Source of the DNA: Klebsiella pneumoniae
Lineage (GTDB): Bacteria > Desulfobacterota > Binatia > Bin18
Length of the DNA stretch: 64,000 nucleotides
NCBI GenBank assembly: GCA_945865755.1
Contig: CAMBFS010000003.1
Coordinates: 1 to 64,000, forward strand
Direction: 5' to 3'
Below are positions 40,752 through 51,347 of this stretch, one piece after another (position 1 is the stretch's first letter; every line of letters starts with the position of its first letter). The translations under genes were made by a program, and so were the position numbers. The notes beneath the pieces were generated by a model. It was given only the letters and a program-made list of their open reading frames with translations. It was not told where the DNA came from and did not search any database.

Positions 40752-41552
40752 TCACGCGACAGCGGCGCGACGCACGGACGCGGCGGGACGTTGAGGCGAC
40801 ACCAGTCCCCGCGCCATCTCTTGCACGATCTGTCGTGCCGCCACGCGGGGATCGCGGGCCTCACGAATCGGTTTGCCAATGACTAGATAACTCGCCCCAG
40901 CCCGGATCGCTTCTTCTGGGGTCAGGACACGCTTCTGGTCATCCCACGCTTCCCCTTGCGAGCGCACGCCAGGAACCACAAGCACAAACTTGCTTCCACA
41001 TTCACTCCGCAACCGCGCGATTTCCAGTGGCGAGGCCACGACTCCGTCCATGCCCGCATCGCGCGCGAGCGTGGCCAGTCGCGCCACTTGGTTCTCGACA
41101 GTCGCTCCGACGCCGATGCTTTTGAGGTCGCCTTTATCAAGACTGGTGAGCACGGTGACGGCCAGCAATGTCGGTCGTTGTAATCGTTCAGTCTTACACA
41201 TCTTGGTCACGGCGGAGACCGTCTCTCGCATCATGCTCGCGCCACCAGCGGCGTGGAGATTCACCATGCGCACCCCAAGCCGCGCGGCTTCCATACTCGC
41301 GTTGGCCACGGTCCGTGGGATGTCGTGAAATTTGAGGTCGAGAAAAACCTGTCCGCCTTTTTGTTGAATCGAACGCACCACTTGCGGCCCCCCGTGGAGA
41401 AACAATTGCTTGCCTACCTTGAAGAGCCCAACCTCATCTTTCAATAGCGCGACATACTCCTTGACCTCGGCTAGCGAGGCCACATCAAGCGCGAAGATGA
41501 GTCGTTGTTTCGCCTCGGACAGATGCCGAGAAGAAGGGAGCGATTCACTCAT
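40752..41552 (-). CDS. pyrF: Orotidine-5'-phosphate decarboxylase
   Basis: LIFALD, FKVG, FLDLKFHDIPRTV, VTVLTS and DQKR..TP. Confidence 0.97.
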   Translation of the reverse strand: MSESLPSSRHLSEAKQRLIFALDVASLAEVKEYVALLKDEVGLFKVGKQLFLHGGPQVVRSIQQKGGQVFLDLKFHDIPRTVANASMEAARLGVRMVNLHAAGGASMMRETVSAVTKMCKTERLQRPTLLAVTVLTSLDKGDLKSIGVGATVENQVARLATLARDAGMDGVVASPLEIARLRSECGSKFVLVVPGVRSQGEAWDDQKRVLTPEEAIRAGASYLVIGKPIREARDPRVAARQIVQEMARGLVSPQRPAASVRRAAVA

Positions 41553-43297
41553 GGCACGGAGTCTCCGCGACTGAGAGACACCAGGGTCGCGGCCGCGGCA
41601 TCAATTGGCACTTCGGTGCTTTGCGTCTCGGTTCGGCGTTTCAACTCGACCATGCCGCGCGCCAGGGATTTCGGTCCAATGGTCACGCGCAAGGGGATAC
41701 CGATCAGGTCCGCGTCCTTGAACTTCACGCCCGGACGTTCATCGCGATCATCCAGCATCACATCAACTCCCGCGGCCAGCAGGGTCGTGTACAATTTTTC
41801 TCCGGTCTGGCGTATCGTCTCATCGTTCGAGTTCACTGGGATGATGGTGACCGTCGCCGGTGCGAGCGCCAGCGGCCACTGAATGCCATTGGCATCGTGA
41901 TTTTGTTCAATGGCGGCGGCCACGGTGCGGGTGATGCCAATGCCGTAGCAGCCCATTTCAATCACATGATCTTGCCCTTGCGCGTCTTGATAGGTCGCGC
42001 CTAACTTTTTGCTATATTTCGTGCCCAGATAAAAAGTTTGGCCGACTTCAATGCCACGATGGGACGTGAACGTGCCGTCCGGGCAGCGTGGGCACGCATC
42101 GCCGGCGCGGGCTTGGCGAAGGTCCACGAACTTGAGGGCCGATACATCGCGGCCAAGGTCCAGACCAGTCAAATGATAATCGCGTTCGTTGGCACCGCAA
42201 ATCAGGTTCGCTCCACCACGCAATGCCCAATCACTGAGGATGGTGGCCTTGATGCCAATGGGACCAGCGAACCCCGTCGGGGCGTTGGTGGCTTTGACCA
42301 CGGTGTCTTCGTCCGCCATCGCCACCCACTGACAGCCGAGCGCGGTTTTGAGTTTCGCTTCGCTCAGTTCGTGATCGCCACGCACCAACGCGGCCACCAC
42401 GGTCCCGGTGTCGGTGACATAGACTAATGTCTTGATGCAGTGGCTCGGCGCTGCGCCCAAAAATGCCGCGACCTCGTCAATCGTACGTTGGTCAGGTGTG
42501 TGGACCTTTTTCAAGGACTGAGGACTGAGGGCCGTGGACTGAGCAGACTCCGAACTCCGAACTCCGAACTCCGAACCGCTTGGCAGTTCGGCTTTTTCGA
42601 CGTTGGCGGCGTAGGTGCATTTGTTGCAACTGACAATGGCATCTTCGCCAGACGCAGCCAGCACCTGGAATTCGTGCGAGAGCGTTCCACCAATCGCGCC
42701 GGTGTCCGCTTCGACGGGACGATAGGTCAAGCCACAGCGGTCGAAAATGCGACGGTAGGTGTCGAACATGTTCTGATATTCGCGCTGACAGTCGGCGAAA
42801 TCGGTGTGGAAGGAATAGGCATCCTTCATAATGAACTCGCGTCCGCGCATCAAGCCAAAGCGAGGACGGACTTCATCTCGGAACTTGGTCTGAATCTGAT
42901 AGAGGTTTAGCGGCAAGTCGCGATACGAGCGAATATCGCGGCGCACGATGTCGGTGACGACTTCTTCATGCGTCGGGCCGAAACAAAACTCTCGATCATG
43001 GCGGTCTTTGAGCCGCAGCAGCTCCTTGCCGTATTGTTCCCAGCGTCCGCTTTCTTGCCACAGTTCGGCGGGACAGACCGCGGGCATGAGGATTTCTTGC
43101 GCGCCGGCGCGGTTCAGCTCGTCGCGGACAATCGCTTCGACCTTGCGCACGACGCGGAGACCAAGTGGGAGAAAGTCATAAATGCCGCGCGCCACCTGGC
43201 GAATCATGCCAGCGCGAACGAGCAACTTGTGACTAATGACTTCCGCCTCGGCGGGATCGTGGCGAAGCGTGGGAATGAACGTGTGACGGTAGCGCAT
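41549..43297 (-). CDS. proS: Proline--tRNA ligase (with INS editing domain)
   Basis: GPTHEE, FRDEVRPRFGLMRGREF.MKDAYSF, GIEVG, MGCYGIG and DADLIGIP. Confidence 0.98.
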   Translation of the reverse strand: MRYRHTFIPTLRHDPAEAEVISHKLLVRAGMIRQVARGIYDFLPLGLRVVRKVEAIVRDELNRAGAQEILMPAVCPAELWQESGRWEQYGKELLRLKDRHDREFCFGPTHEEVVTDIVRRDIRSYRDLPLNLYQIQTKFRDEVRPRFGLMRGREFIMKDAYSFHTDFADCQREYQNMFDTYRRIFDRCGLTYRPVEADTGAIGGTLSHEFQVLAASGEDAIVSCNKCTYAANVEKAELPSGSEFGVRSSESAQSTALSPQSLKKVHTPDQRTIDEVAAFLGAAPSHCIKTLVYVTDTGTVVAALVRGDHELSEAKLKTALGCQWVAMADEDTVVKATNAPTGFAGPIGIKATILSDWALRGGANLICGANERDYHLTGLDLGRDVSALKFVDLRQARAGDACPRCPDGTFTSHRGIEVGQTFYLGTKYSKKLGATYQDAQGQDHVIEMGCYGIGITRTVAAAIEQNHDANGIQWPLALAPATVTIIPVNSNDETIRQTGEKLYTTLLAAGVDVMLDDRDERPGVKFKDADLIGIPLRVTIGPKSLARGMVELKRRTETQSTEVPIDAAAATLVSLSRGDSVP

Positions 43298-43413
43298 GAA
43301 AGTATCGCTTCAGGAGAGTGTGTAAATTTGCCCGCACCTAAACAGTGCCAAAGAAAGGTGTCAAGAAGGGCGATTGGCTCATCATCAGTTGTGATACGCA
43401 CAACAAGAAGCAC

Positions 43414-43554
43414 ACCGGGGGTTGAAACCCCCGGCTACCCTCAAATGCCGCTCTGCGGCATGTTTGACCTCGCGGAGCGAGGCCATGAGGGTAGACGGGG
43501 AGTTCAGTCCCCGGCGCGAGGTGGCGTGGGGGCTTCCTTCACTTCATGCCATTG
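43414..43554. mobile_element. Degenerate/partial MITE copy abutting a palindrome
   Basis: Internal CCGGGGGTTGAAACCCCCGGCTACCCTCA..GAGGGTAG as in copies 1 and 2; ends CTTCATGCCATTG, followed by CCCGGCTGGGAGAGGG. Confidence 0.65.
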
Positions 43555-43601
43555 CCCGGCTGGGAGAGGGTCAGGGTGAGGGGGATCGAGTGAACCGTTC
43601 C

Positions 43602-45317
43602 TTATTTGTTCTCCGGCAAGGCGAACACAATCAGCGCGCTTCCTTTGCTTGAGATCGGCGGTTCCCCCGCGAGTGGGGCCATGATCCCGCCGCCACCAGA
43701 AGGAACCGCCACATACTGCTGCCCATCAATCTTATAGGTGGCCGGTTGCCCACGCAGGGACGCGCCGGTCTGGAATTTCCACAGCACCTTGCCTGTGGTG
43801 TCATCAAAAGCCATCACATGCCCTTCTTGATTCCCCGTGAACACCAGTCCTCCCGCCGTGGTCAGAGTGCCGCCAAGGAGCGGGTACTCTTCCTTATGTC
43901 GCCACTTCACGGCACCAGTGGTCGGATCAATGGCCGACAAGTGCCCGTAAGAGGATTGATCGTCACCCTGAGTTTTATCCCAGCCACCACCCCAATACGG
44001 AATGCCTTGCACGAACATGGCCTCGGCCTTCTTCATTTGCATACAGCTCTCGATCACCGGCACGTACATCAACTTAGTTGTCTGACTGTAAGAGGCCGTG
44101 TACGCGCTATTCTTCCCACCTGGCGCGCCTGGACAAATCCACTCTTTCGCTTCGGACTGTGGGACAAACTTGGGGTCCACGATCGGACGCCCTTTTTCAT
44201 CCAGCCCTTTGGCCCAGTTCAACTGTTCGACATACGGCGAGCCGTGGAGAAATTGCCCGGTGGTGCGATCCAACACATACATGAAGCCGTTACGGTTCGG
44301 CTGCGCGAGCGCTTTGACGTTCTGCCCGTTCCGCACCACGTTGACGAGAAAGAGATCGGTATTGCCGTCGTAATCCCACACATCGTGCGGCGTGAACTGG
44401 AAATGCCACTTGATCGCGCCGGTATCGGGATTCATCGCGAGCACGGAGTCGGTGTACAAATTGTCTCCCGCGCGCATATCCCCATTCCAATCCGGGGCCG
44501 CGTTGCCCGCCGCCCAGAACAGCACATCTTGTTCGGCATCATACGAACCAGTGACCCAGGTGGGGCCGCCGCCATATTTCCAGGAGTCGCCCGCCCAGGT
44601 CTCGACGCCCTTTTCTCCTGCTCCTGGAACGGTATAGGTGCGCCACTTGCGCGCACCCGTTTTGACATCGTAGGCATCGATATACCCGCGAACGCCATAT
44701 TCCCCACCTGACATGCCGACAATCACTTTATCCTTGACCACGAGCGGCGCGACGGTGGAGCTAAAGCCGTCGGCATATTTATCCATCTCCACGTTCCACA
44801 CCACTTTGCCGGTCCTCCGGTCGAGGGCGACCACGCGGGCATCCAGCGTGCCCATGAACACCTTGTCATCGGCGATCGCCACGCCTCGATTCGTTGGTCC
44901 GCAGCAAACCCGTAAATCGTCGGGCAGCGGATGGTCATATTTCCACAACGGGTCGCCGGTCACCGCATCCAGCGCGAAGACATGGTTGTAAGACGTGGTG
45001 ATATACATCATGCCGTCGGCGATGACTGGGGACGTTTCAAACTGCGTGGGGATACCGGTTTGGAACATCCACGCGACGCGGAGCTTTTTCACATTCTCGC
45101 GATTGATGTCGGTGAGCGGACTAAAGCGCCAGCTCTCGTAATTGCCGCCATACATCAACCACGCGGACGGATCGTCCGTTCCCTTGAGCAACCGCTCGGC
45201 GGTGACGGGTTTGAGATCGTAGGTTTTCTTGCCATCTTGCGCGTGCCCAGAGAGGGGCAACGCCATCAGCAGGCCGCCCACCAGTACAGTCACACCTCGT
45301 TGCCATGTTCGTTGCAT
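43602..45317 (-). CDS. PQQ-dependent alcohol dehydrogenase (methanol/ethanol family), possibly lanthanide-dependent
   Basis: Signal peptide, vicinal CC (VCCGPTNRG), GGEYGVRG, WDYDG and W-motif propeller repeats. Confidence 0.88.
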   Translation of the reverse strand: MQRTWQRGVTVLVGGLLMALPLSGHAQDGKKTYDLKPVTAERLLKGTDDPSAWLMYGGNYESWRFSPLTDINRENVKKLRVAWMFQTGIPTQFETSPVIADGMMYITTSYNHVFALDAVTGDPLWKYDHPLPDDLRVCCGPTNRGVAIADDKVFMGTLDARVVALDRRTGKVVWNVEMDKYADGFSSTVAPLVVKDKVIVGMSGGEYGVRGYIDAYDVKTGARKWRTYTVPGAGEKGVETWAGDSWKYGGGPTWVTGSYDAEQDVLFWAAGNAAPDWNGDMRAGDNLYTDSVLAMNPDTGAIKWHFQFTPHDVWDYDGNTDLFLVNVVRNGQNVKALAQPNRNGFMYVLDRTTGQFLHGSPYVEQLNWAKGLDEKGRPIVDPKFVPQSEAKEWICPGAPGGKNSAYTASYSQTTKLMYVPVIESCMQMKKAEAMFVQGIPYWGGGWDKTQGDDQSSYGHLSAIDPTTGAVKWRHKEEYPLLGGTLTTAGGLVFTGNQEGHVMAFDDTTGKVLWKFQTGASLRGQPATYKIDGQQYVAVPSGGGGIMAPLAGEPPISSKGSALIVFALPENK

Positions 45318-45545
45318 AGTGTCTCCTTTTTTTTCACGAATCAGACGTGCCGGATTGTCTGTCCGCCGCACCCTACTGATTTTTGCTCAGCCGAGCAAGG
45401 GAACGAAGGCGGGAGTCAAAGGCGAAAGAGCGTCGATAAACAAGAGGATTTCGTGGGAAGACAGAGGGGTCTGAAAGTTCCCTCTCCCGGCTGGGAGAGG
45501 GCTAGGGTGAGGGGGATCAAGAAGTGAGTGTCCACGACATTCTCT

Positions 45546-47928
45546 TCAGTTCCCTTGGATATGATTCCCCAGGTACATGACGCTCCAAACCTGGCTACCA
45601 TCTGGGGTAGGAATCGAGGTCCACGTGTCTCCGGCATCGGTGGACCAGTAAAGCGACCCGTCATCAAGGCTCATTACTGCTTGTCCGGTTGGTGAGAGCG
45701 CGATTGAGCTGACAACTTTGTAGTTGCCTGGATAATCGCGAAAAACAAGACGCCAACTCGCTCCGTTGTCAGTGGATTTCCATACGCCAGAATCAGGCAA
45801 GCCTGGTGAAGAAGACCCGTCACAATCCAACCTCATGCCCCCTGTGAGGAGCACACTGCCGGGTCCTTCGACTTGGTTCCACGTCATCGCCCAGGGCAGC
45901 CAGAACATGATCCAGTGGGGAAGGATAGTGAACCGCGTCCAACTGATCCCCTTGTCCGTGGAACGGTAGAGCCCTTGTGATTGCTCCTCTAATGGGATTA
46001 GAGCCGAAGCGTAAGCTTTTCCAGATCGTAGCAGTGTGCCGTTGCCAATATACCATGGGCCTTCGGCAAGATTGATGTGGTAGCTCGGCCCATGAGCATA
46101 CAGTGTCGCACTGGCTCCTAAGTCTGGAGAATAGAGAACGCCGCACTCTGTGTAGATGTCGGTATAGCCCGCAAGGCAGCCATCGACGACCAATTCGGTC
46201 CCTCCCAGATAGGCAAGGTTACCTTTTATAACGAACCCGGGAATGGTGAACTCCCCAAAAGTGCGTCCGCCGTCGGTCGATTTCATGCCCTCGGAGTCAA
46301 GCAAGAGGTGGTCGTGCACATAGAACCCCGTCCCCCAAAATCCCCACCCACCATCGCCCAATCTCTCCCAGCCATCTGCGCCCAAAGGTGTTCCACTCGT
46401 GGTAGGGGCGAGGACGGTAAGTGCCCAGGCTGGTGTACAAGAGAAAGGACGTGGGGAGATTGATTTTCCGAGCCGCCACGGCAATCGCCTTCTCCTCCCC
46501 CATATCGCCCTGAAAGACCAGCATATACTCGCCGGGCGTTTTGGGAGCGGGCACCGAAGGTGGAGCAAGGGCGGGCAGAGGCATAGTTTGATCTTTGGCT
46601 AACCCAGCCTCCGGCGTCGGCCACGGCTTGGCCTTGGTGCTGTCATTGGGGTCCGGGTCGACGGGATGACGCTTGCCGTCCACATCGTCGTAGTACAACG
46701 TGAAGGTCCCTTTCAGTAATTCGCTGCCTTCGTTCTTGATGACGCGCGAACCTGGGTTTTGGCTGTCGTCCACGACCGCAATCTTGCCGCGAAAGAAGTA
46801 GTTGATGAGGCCCGCGCTGTAGCCCACCGCGCGGGGCAGGAGTTTTCTTGCATACCCTTCATGGACTTTATTCGTGAGAACGTAGCCCCCACGTAGCGGG
46901 GGTGTTTGATTTTGCTCAAGCCGTTCATACCATACCCCTTCCGCGACAAAGCGCTGAACCGGTTCTCCGTCCGTGGCCAGCTTTGGGAAATACCGCCGAT
47001 AGCCTCCCTCTTCAGGCTCAAAAGTGCCAGCTCCCAGCCCTTCGGTTCGTGGTAACGGAAAATCGGTAAAAATAGTATCGGCGCTGACAAAGTTCGCGTT
47101 CGAATATTCCGCAAGGCCAATGTTGAACCCGGTCAACAGACTTGGGACCAATGCGCCCGTATAGGTGTCGCTATCAATAAGCCGTGCGATGGGGACTGGG
47201 GCGAGGGAGTTGGCATACGGCGCGGTTAGCAGCTCCTCGGCAGGATAATCTGGCGACTGGTTGAGAAACGCGAAAAAACAATGAAGTCCACCGGTACTGC
47301 AAATATCTGTCTCTTCTCCCAGCCGAGCATATTCCGCCCACCGTTCGTAGGGATCCTTGTCCGGCCCCACGACTATGTGCGCGTCATCACGCGTATGGGC
47401 GGGGACCGAAGCGTCTTGGATCAAATGCACTGCGTTCCCGAGCGTTCGAAAGGTTTCGGCAAACCACTGTTCCCGGTCGGTTGGCGCGCCCGCAGTCAAC
47501 GCTTGCTCGTAGTAACGGCGCGCACTCGGCCAGCCACGCTCTAAGCCTACTCCCCAGGCGTCCAGACTACTGAGCTGCTCTGCGCTCTGCTGCCAGACGA
47601 TGGAAGACTGCGACCCCAGCAGGAGCGTTTTCCCGGCCGACTCCCAAGGCATGAAAGGATTATGGAAATGATGGGTTACCCGACTGGGAGGCCAATCTTC
47701 GAGTGCCGCCCCTTCGCCAAGCCACTTTTGTAGGGTCTTTTCCTTGAAGATTGAATCAATACCGTCGGGTATTCCTAACTCGTCTTTCAATATCTGATCA
47801 ACATGTGACACCTCAGGCTTTGCTGCCTGTTCGGCTATAGCTCGGTGTGTATCTGGTCTATATGCGTGTCCCGTTTCATAAGCCCCAACACACAGAAGGA
47901 AGAGAAGCAATTTTATGGCTTGTTTCAT
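45546..47928 (-). pseudogene. Secreted protein with a Zn-dependent phospholipase C/P1-nuclease-like N-terminus and a BNR/Asp-box C-terminus, apparently frameshifted near 46400
   Basis: Signal peptide ending AY, H..HFHNP and HLIQD..VPAH.RDD.H..YE. The second frame has repeated S.D.G..W/F Asp-boxes. Confidence 0.6.
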
Positions 47929-47930
47929 AA

Positions 47931-48587
47931 CTATCTCCTGAAGCCAAGAAAGGCACGTTCAGCCATTTCGGCTTCCTTGAGGTGCTGCTTTTGCTGCAAT
48001 GGAACTGCAGAGGCCTCATTGAATTCGTGATAAAAATCTAACCGCTCTTCTTTCGTCTTGAGCGGCGGCAACTCGATCACCGCACCCTCGCCCTCAAAGC
48101 GAGCCCATTGCTCGTGATACCATTGCTCAAGGATTGGTCTGTGTTGCTCCACTTGGCGACGCTGCTCCGCGGGTGGCAGCTTTTCCCGGAGTTTTTCCAG
48201 CGGATGCCTCTGGAAAGACCAGAGTCCGTACCCCGGCTTGAAGATCACTCGCTCTGGGCCTTCGTAGTGGGTTAGGAAAGGCAACAGCGGGACCAGGGAG
48301 CGACGCGCCGCGATGACAAACCGCCCATCTACTCCGGTCACGACCTCCTCGGAGTCATAATAGGTGCCCACACAGTGCGCATCGCCCAAGTAACAGCGCC
48401 TCCACCAAAACAACACGACGACACCTTCTAGTGGATGTCCCGTTTCAGCATCCACCACTTGCGCTCTCCACGGCCCTTTCCATGGTTTCGCGATGAGATT
48501 GTCAGTCCAAATAATCAGCCACCACACCCCAAGCAAGGTCAGATACGTCCCTACCAGCCACTTACAGGTACGTGTCCCAAGTCGCAT
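47931..48587 (-). CDS. Membrane-anchored protein with a carboxypeptidase-regulatory-like domain
   Basis: TM helix followed by GPW..QVVDAETG.PLEGVVV, T..DGRF and IFKPGY. Confidence 0.7.
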   Translation of the reverse strand: MRLGTRTCKWLVGTYLTLLGVWWLIIWTDNLIAKPWKGPWRAQVVDAETGHPLEGVVVLFWWRRCYLGDAHCVGTYYDSEEVVTGVDGRFVIAARRSLVPLLPFLTHYEGPERVIFKPGYGLWSFQRHPLEKLREKLPPAEQRRQVEQHRPILEQWYHEQWARFEGEGAVIELPPLKTKEERLDFYHEFNEASAVPLQQKQHLKEAEMAERAFLGFRR

Positions 48588-48605
48588 GTGTTCCTCCCCT
48601 GCGGT

Positions 48606-50190
48606 TTAGAAGCTCGTTAGCCGCCAGATTCCGTCGTCATCAATATGAAAGCGCACCTCAAAAGATTTGGTCATGGCGCCCGCAGGCCGGAGCATTTCAT
48701 AGCGCGCCTCACCGTCCCGAATCTCCTGGAGGCGAATCGTGGTTAAAATGGTGTCAATGTCTGGAAACGGCGGGGTCAGGGTCTGGAAGACCTCTTGATA
48801 CCGAGCACGCGACCTGCTCCCAATGTGGGTCAGCGCTTGCGCAATGTCTTCCCGCTGTAAGGCGTCTTTGAGCGCGTGCCACTTTGCTTGCAACAGTGCG
48901 TCCAGTGCGTTTGCGTCGAACACTTGGACAATAGTGCGCACTGTGCGTTTCCCTTGTGTCGTGGTAACGCTCGCGGTTGGGAAGTAAAGCCCAGGTTGCG
49001 AATAGGTAAAGGACTGTTCCTCCAAGGTTGCGCCCTCGAAGTCGGTGTGCCCGTCTCCATCTGCATCAAGTGCCACATGCGTGGGCAGCGCACTCACGGA
49101 ACCGAGGGCAATCAGGGTAAAGGTTGTGCGCAAGGGGGCTTGCCCGCTTTCCGCGCTCGCACTCAGAAAAAGGGCGACATTGTCAGCAGGGAGAGTCGGG
49201 GTAATCGTGATCTCATCGTTCACTGCACTCACTCCCGCCCTCGTCGCTTGCGCGGTTAAGGTTGTTGTAACAGTGGTCACGGGAACGAGCAGCGCGAAAT
49301 TCTCCCCTTGTACAGCAGCAACAACACCGTTGACGGTCACTCCCATATCAGGGCCGCCTCCGGTCACTATTCCGCGCACCATTACCATGCCGGTGGGAAC
49401 GCTGCTGCCGTTCGTTGGCGCAGTAATCTGGACGTTGAGCGCTCTGGCAACTTGAAGCGTGATTCCCGGACCAGCATTCCCCGCCGCATCTTGCACAATC
49501 ACCGAAAATGAGTCTCCCGCTTGCGCTGCCACTGTCGCGGTAAAACTCCCATCACCAGCCGCCGTCACCGTCGAGACCTGTCCTGTGCGCGCGTTGGTGA
49601 TCCGCACCTGACTACCACCTTCCACACTGCCCGCCGTGCCACTGACCGTCACCTGTCCGTTGCTCACCGTCCCCACGGTGATGCGCCCGCTCTGTGGGGC
49701 CGCCGGCGGTGTCGTGTCAATCGTGACCTGTCGCGTCGCCGGGAGCGACACATTGCCCGCGAAGTCCGCGACCGTCGCGCTCAGCGCCACCGCCCCTTCC
49801 GGTAACGCGCTGCCTGGGCGGCAGGCCAACTCTGGCGGCGTGATCGTGCAGGGGCTGGGAAACACCACCGTATTCGCCCGCAGTTGCAGCGTGCTGGGGT
49901 CCACTCCTTGGCCGCGATCACTCGCGCTCAGCGTCAACGGCGGACGATTCGTGTTCAGCACCGCGCCCGCCGCTGGCGTGAGAAAACTCAGCGTCGGCGG
50001 CAACAAATCGGTGTACAGCACCAGCGCCCGCAACCGGGTCGTGCCAAAAGTGCGCGTGTGGACGACTTGGCCGGTGAGACGGTAATGGCGTAGCGTCGCA
50101 TCCCGCGCCACCCACGCCGTGTGATCCACCGGGTCCGCCGCCAGCGCGACCACACTCGAACTGTCGTCATCATCTCCGCCACTATTGGGC
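48606..50190 (-). pseudogene. 5'-truncated Ig-like-repeat surface protein
   Basis: Repeated Ig-like units (D..PP, A.D.AGN), a PKD-like unit and C-terminal AKW..LK.AL..DI..AL..F..D.DG.WR..F. The ORF start runs into a REP doublet and has no signal peptide. Confidence 0.65.
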
Positions 50191-50195
50191 AGCGA

Positions 50196-50284
50196 GTAGC
50201 CTGGATGAAGCGGAGCGAAATCCAGGGAGGTGGGTGGGAAATCCACGGAGCATCCCGGATTCCACTCCGTTCCATCCGGGCTAC
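50196..50284. repeat. GTAG REP doublet (inverted copy of 37355-37441)
   Basis: GTAGCCTGGATGAAGCG..ATCCAGG..CCCGGATTCCACTCCGTTCCATCCGGGCTAC. Confidence 0.85.
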
Positions 50285-50317
50285 GGGACTTGAGACTTGG
50301 ACCTTGGACGGTCTGCG

Positions 50318-51175
50318 TTATGCCGCCGCGAACGCCGGAGCCTTCCCCGCGAGAAATGTCCCTAGTTCTTTTGCCGGGAACTGTAACCCCACGTAGAACG
50401 TGCCGAACAACCCATACACCGCGCTCGCTTCATCAAAGCGCATTTCGTAGACCAGTTTCTTGAACACCAACGGGTCATCGGCGAACAGATCGACACCCCA
50501 CTCCCAGTCGTCGAAACCAATCGAGCCGGAAATAATCTGCGTCACCTGACCAGCATATTTGCGTCCGATCATCCCGTGGTCGCGCATCATCAGGTGTCGA
50601 TCAGTAATCGGGGCTTGATACCAGTTCTTGTGTTCGCCTCGCTTCTTATCCATTGGATAGAAGCAGAGATAGCGGCGCGCGGGGATTTTCGGCCATAGGC
50701 GCGGTGTGGCGGCACGGCGCTGCTGGGTCAATTCCGCATCAATCGCCTGTTGCCATTCCGCCGTGCCTGGTTGAATCCCTTTCTCTTGCAAGGAAAGGTA
50801 CAGCCGCGTGCTCGCGTCGTATAACCCAAGCTCGACAACGGATAAGTACGATGTCGTCGGTTCGAGAAATTCCGCCAGTCGCAGTTGGGCAAGTTGGAGT
50901 TCGGCGGCGTTCAGATCATCAAAGGTCCTACGGAAATGCAGGACTAAGAGATCGCCCTTATGCCCAACCATGGAGAAGAGCGCACTTGGTCCCTCCCCTT
51001 GCTCCATCTTTGTGAACGTGGCCGTCGCGTCTTCGAGCGCACGTTGCTGTTCCGTGGCGGAAAGCGCCTTCCACGCGGGCCAGCGCACGCGAAACATTTG
51101 GTGAAGGATGCTCCAGCCTTCGAGCGCAAGCGGGACGGCGGGCAGATTGGCGTTGTGGGGCGGCGTGTGTTCCAT
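50318..51175 (-). CDS. hemQ: Coproheme decarboxylase / chlorite dismutase-family heme protein
   Basis: LEGW..LH, GHKGDL, YLSVVEL, FYPMDKKR..NWY, HG..GRKY and GFDDWEWGV..YEMRFDE.SA.YG. Confidence 0.85.
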   Translation of the reverse strand: MEHTPPHNANLPAVPLALEGWSILHQMFRVRWPAWKALSATEQQRALEDATATFTKMEQGEGPSALFSMVGHKGDLLVLHFRRTFDDLNAAELQLAQLRLAEFLEPTTSYLSVVELGLYDASTRLYLSLQEKGIQPGTAEWQQAIDAELTQQRRAATPRLWPKIPARRYLCFYPMDKKRGEHKNWYQAPITDRHLMMRDHGMIGRKYAGQVTQIISGSIGFDDWEWGVDLFADDPLVFKKLVYEMRFDEASAVYGLFGTFYVGLQFPAKELGTFLAGKAPAFAAA

Positions 51176-51196
51176 GTCATGTTCCTCAAAACACCG

Positions 51197-51320
51197 GGAA
51201 CCGGGGAAAGGGGTAAACGGTTAAAAGGGTAAACGGTTAAAAGGAAAAATATATTTGAGAATCTTTCTTCTCCCATTTCCCCTTTGACCCATTTCCCCTT
51301 TTCCCCCGATTCCTCGTTTC
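51197..51320. repeat. Inverted arrays of 8-bp units (GGGTAAAC/GGTTAAAA vs TTTCCCCT-like)
   Basis: Purine-rich tandem left arm and pyrimidine-rich right arm between hemQ and the VWA gene. Confidence 0.7.
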
Positions 51321-51347
51321 CCTGGCTTGTTACTGAATTTTTGTTTT

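Noticed and set aside
43746..44711. Long antisense ORF (321 aa) and similar ones (5161-5898, 22342-23130, 28232-28945)
   Set aside because: Shadow ORFs opposite well-supported genes in GC-rich DNA, with no recognisable motifs.
50191..50246. ORF-track start of the Ig-like protein (MDFPPTSLDFAPLHPGY)
   Set aside because: This is a translation of REP DNA, not a genuine N-terminus.
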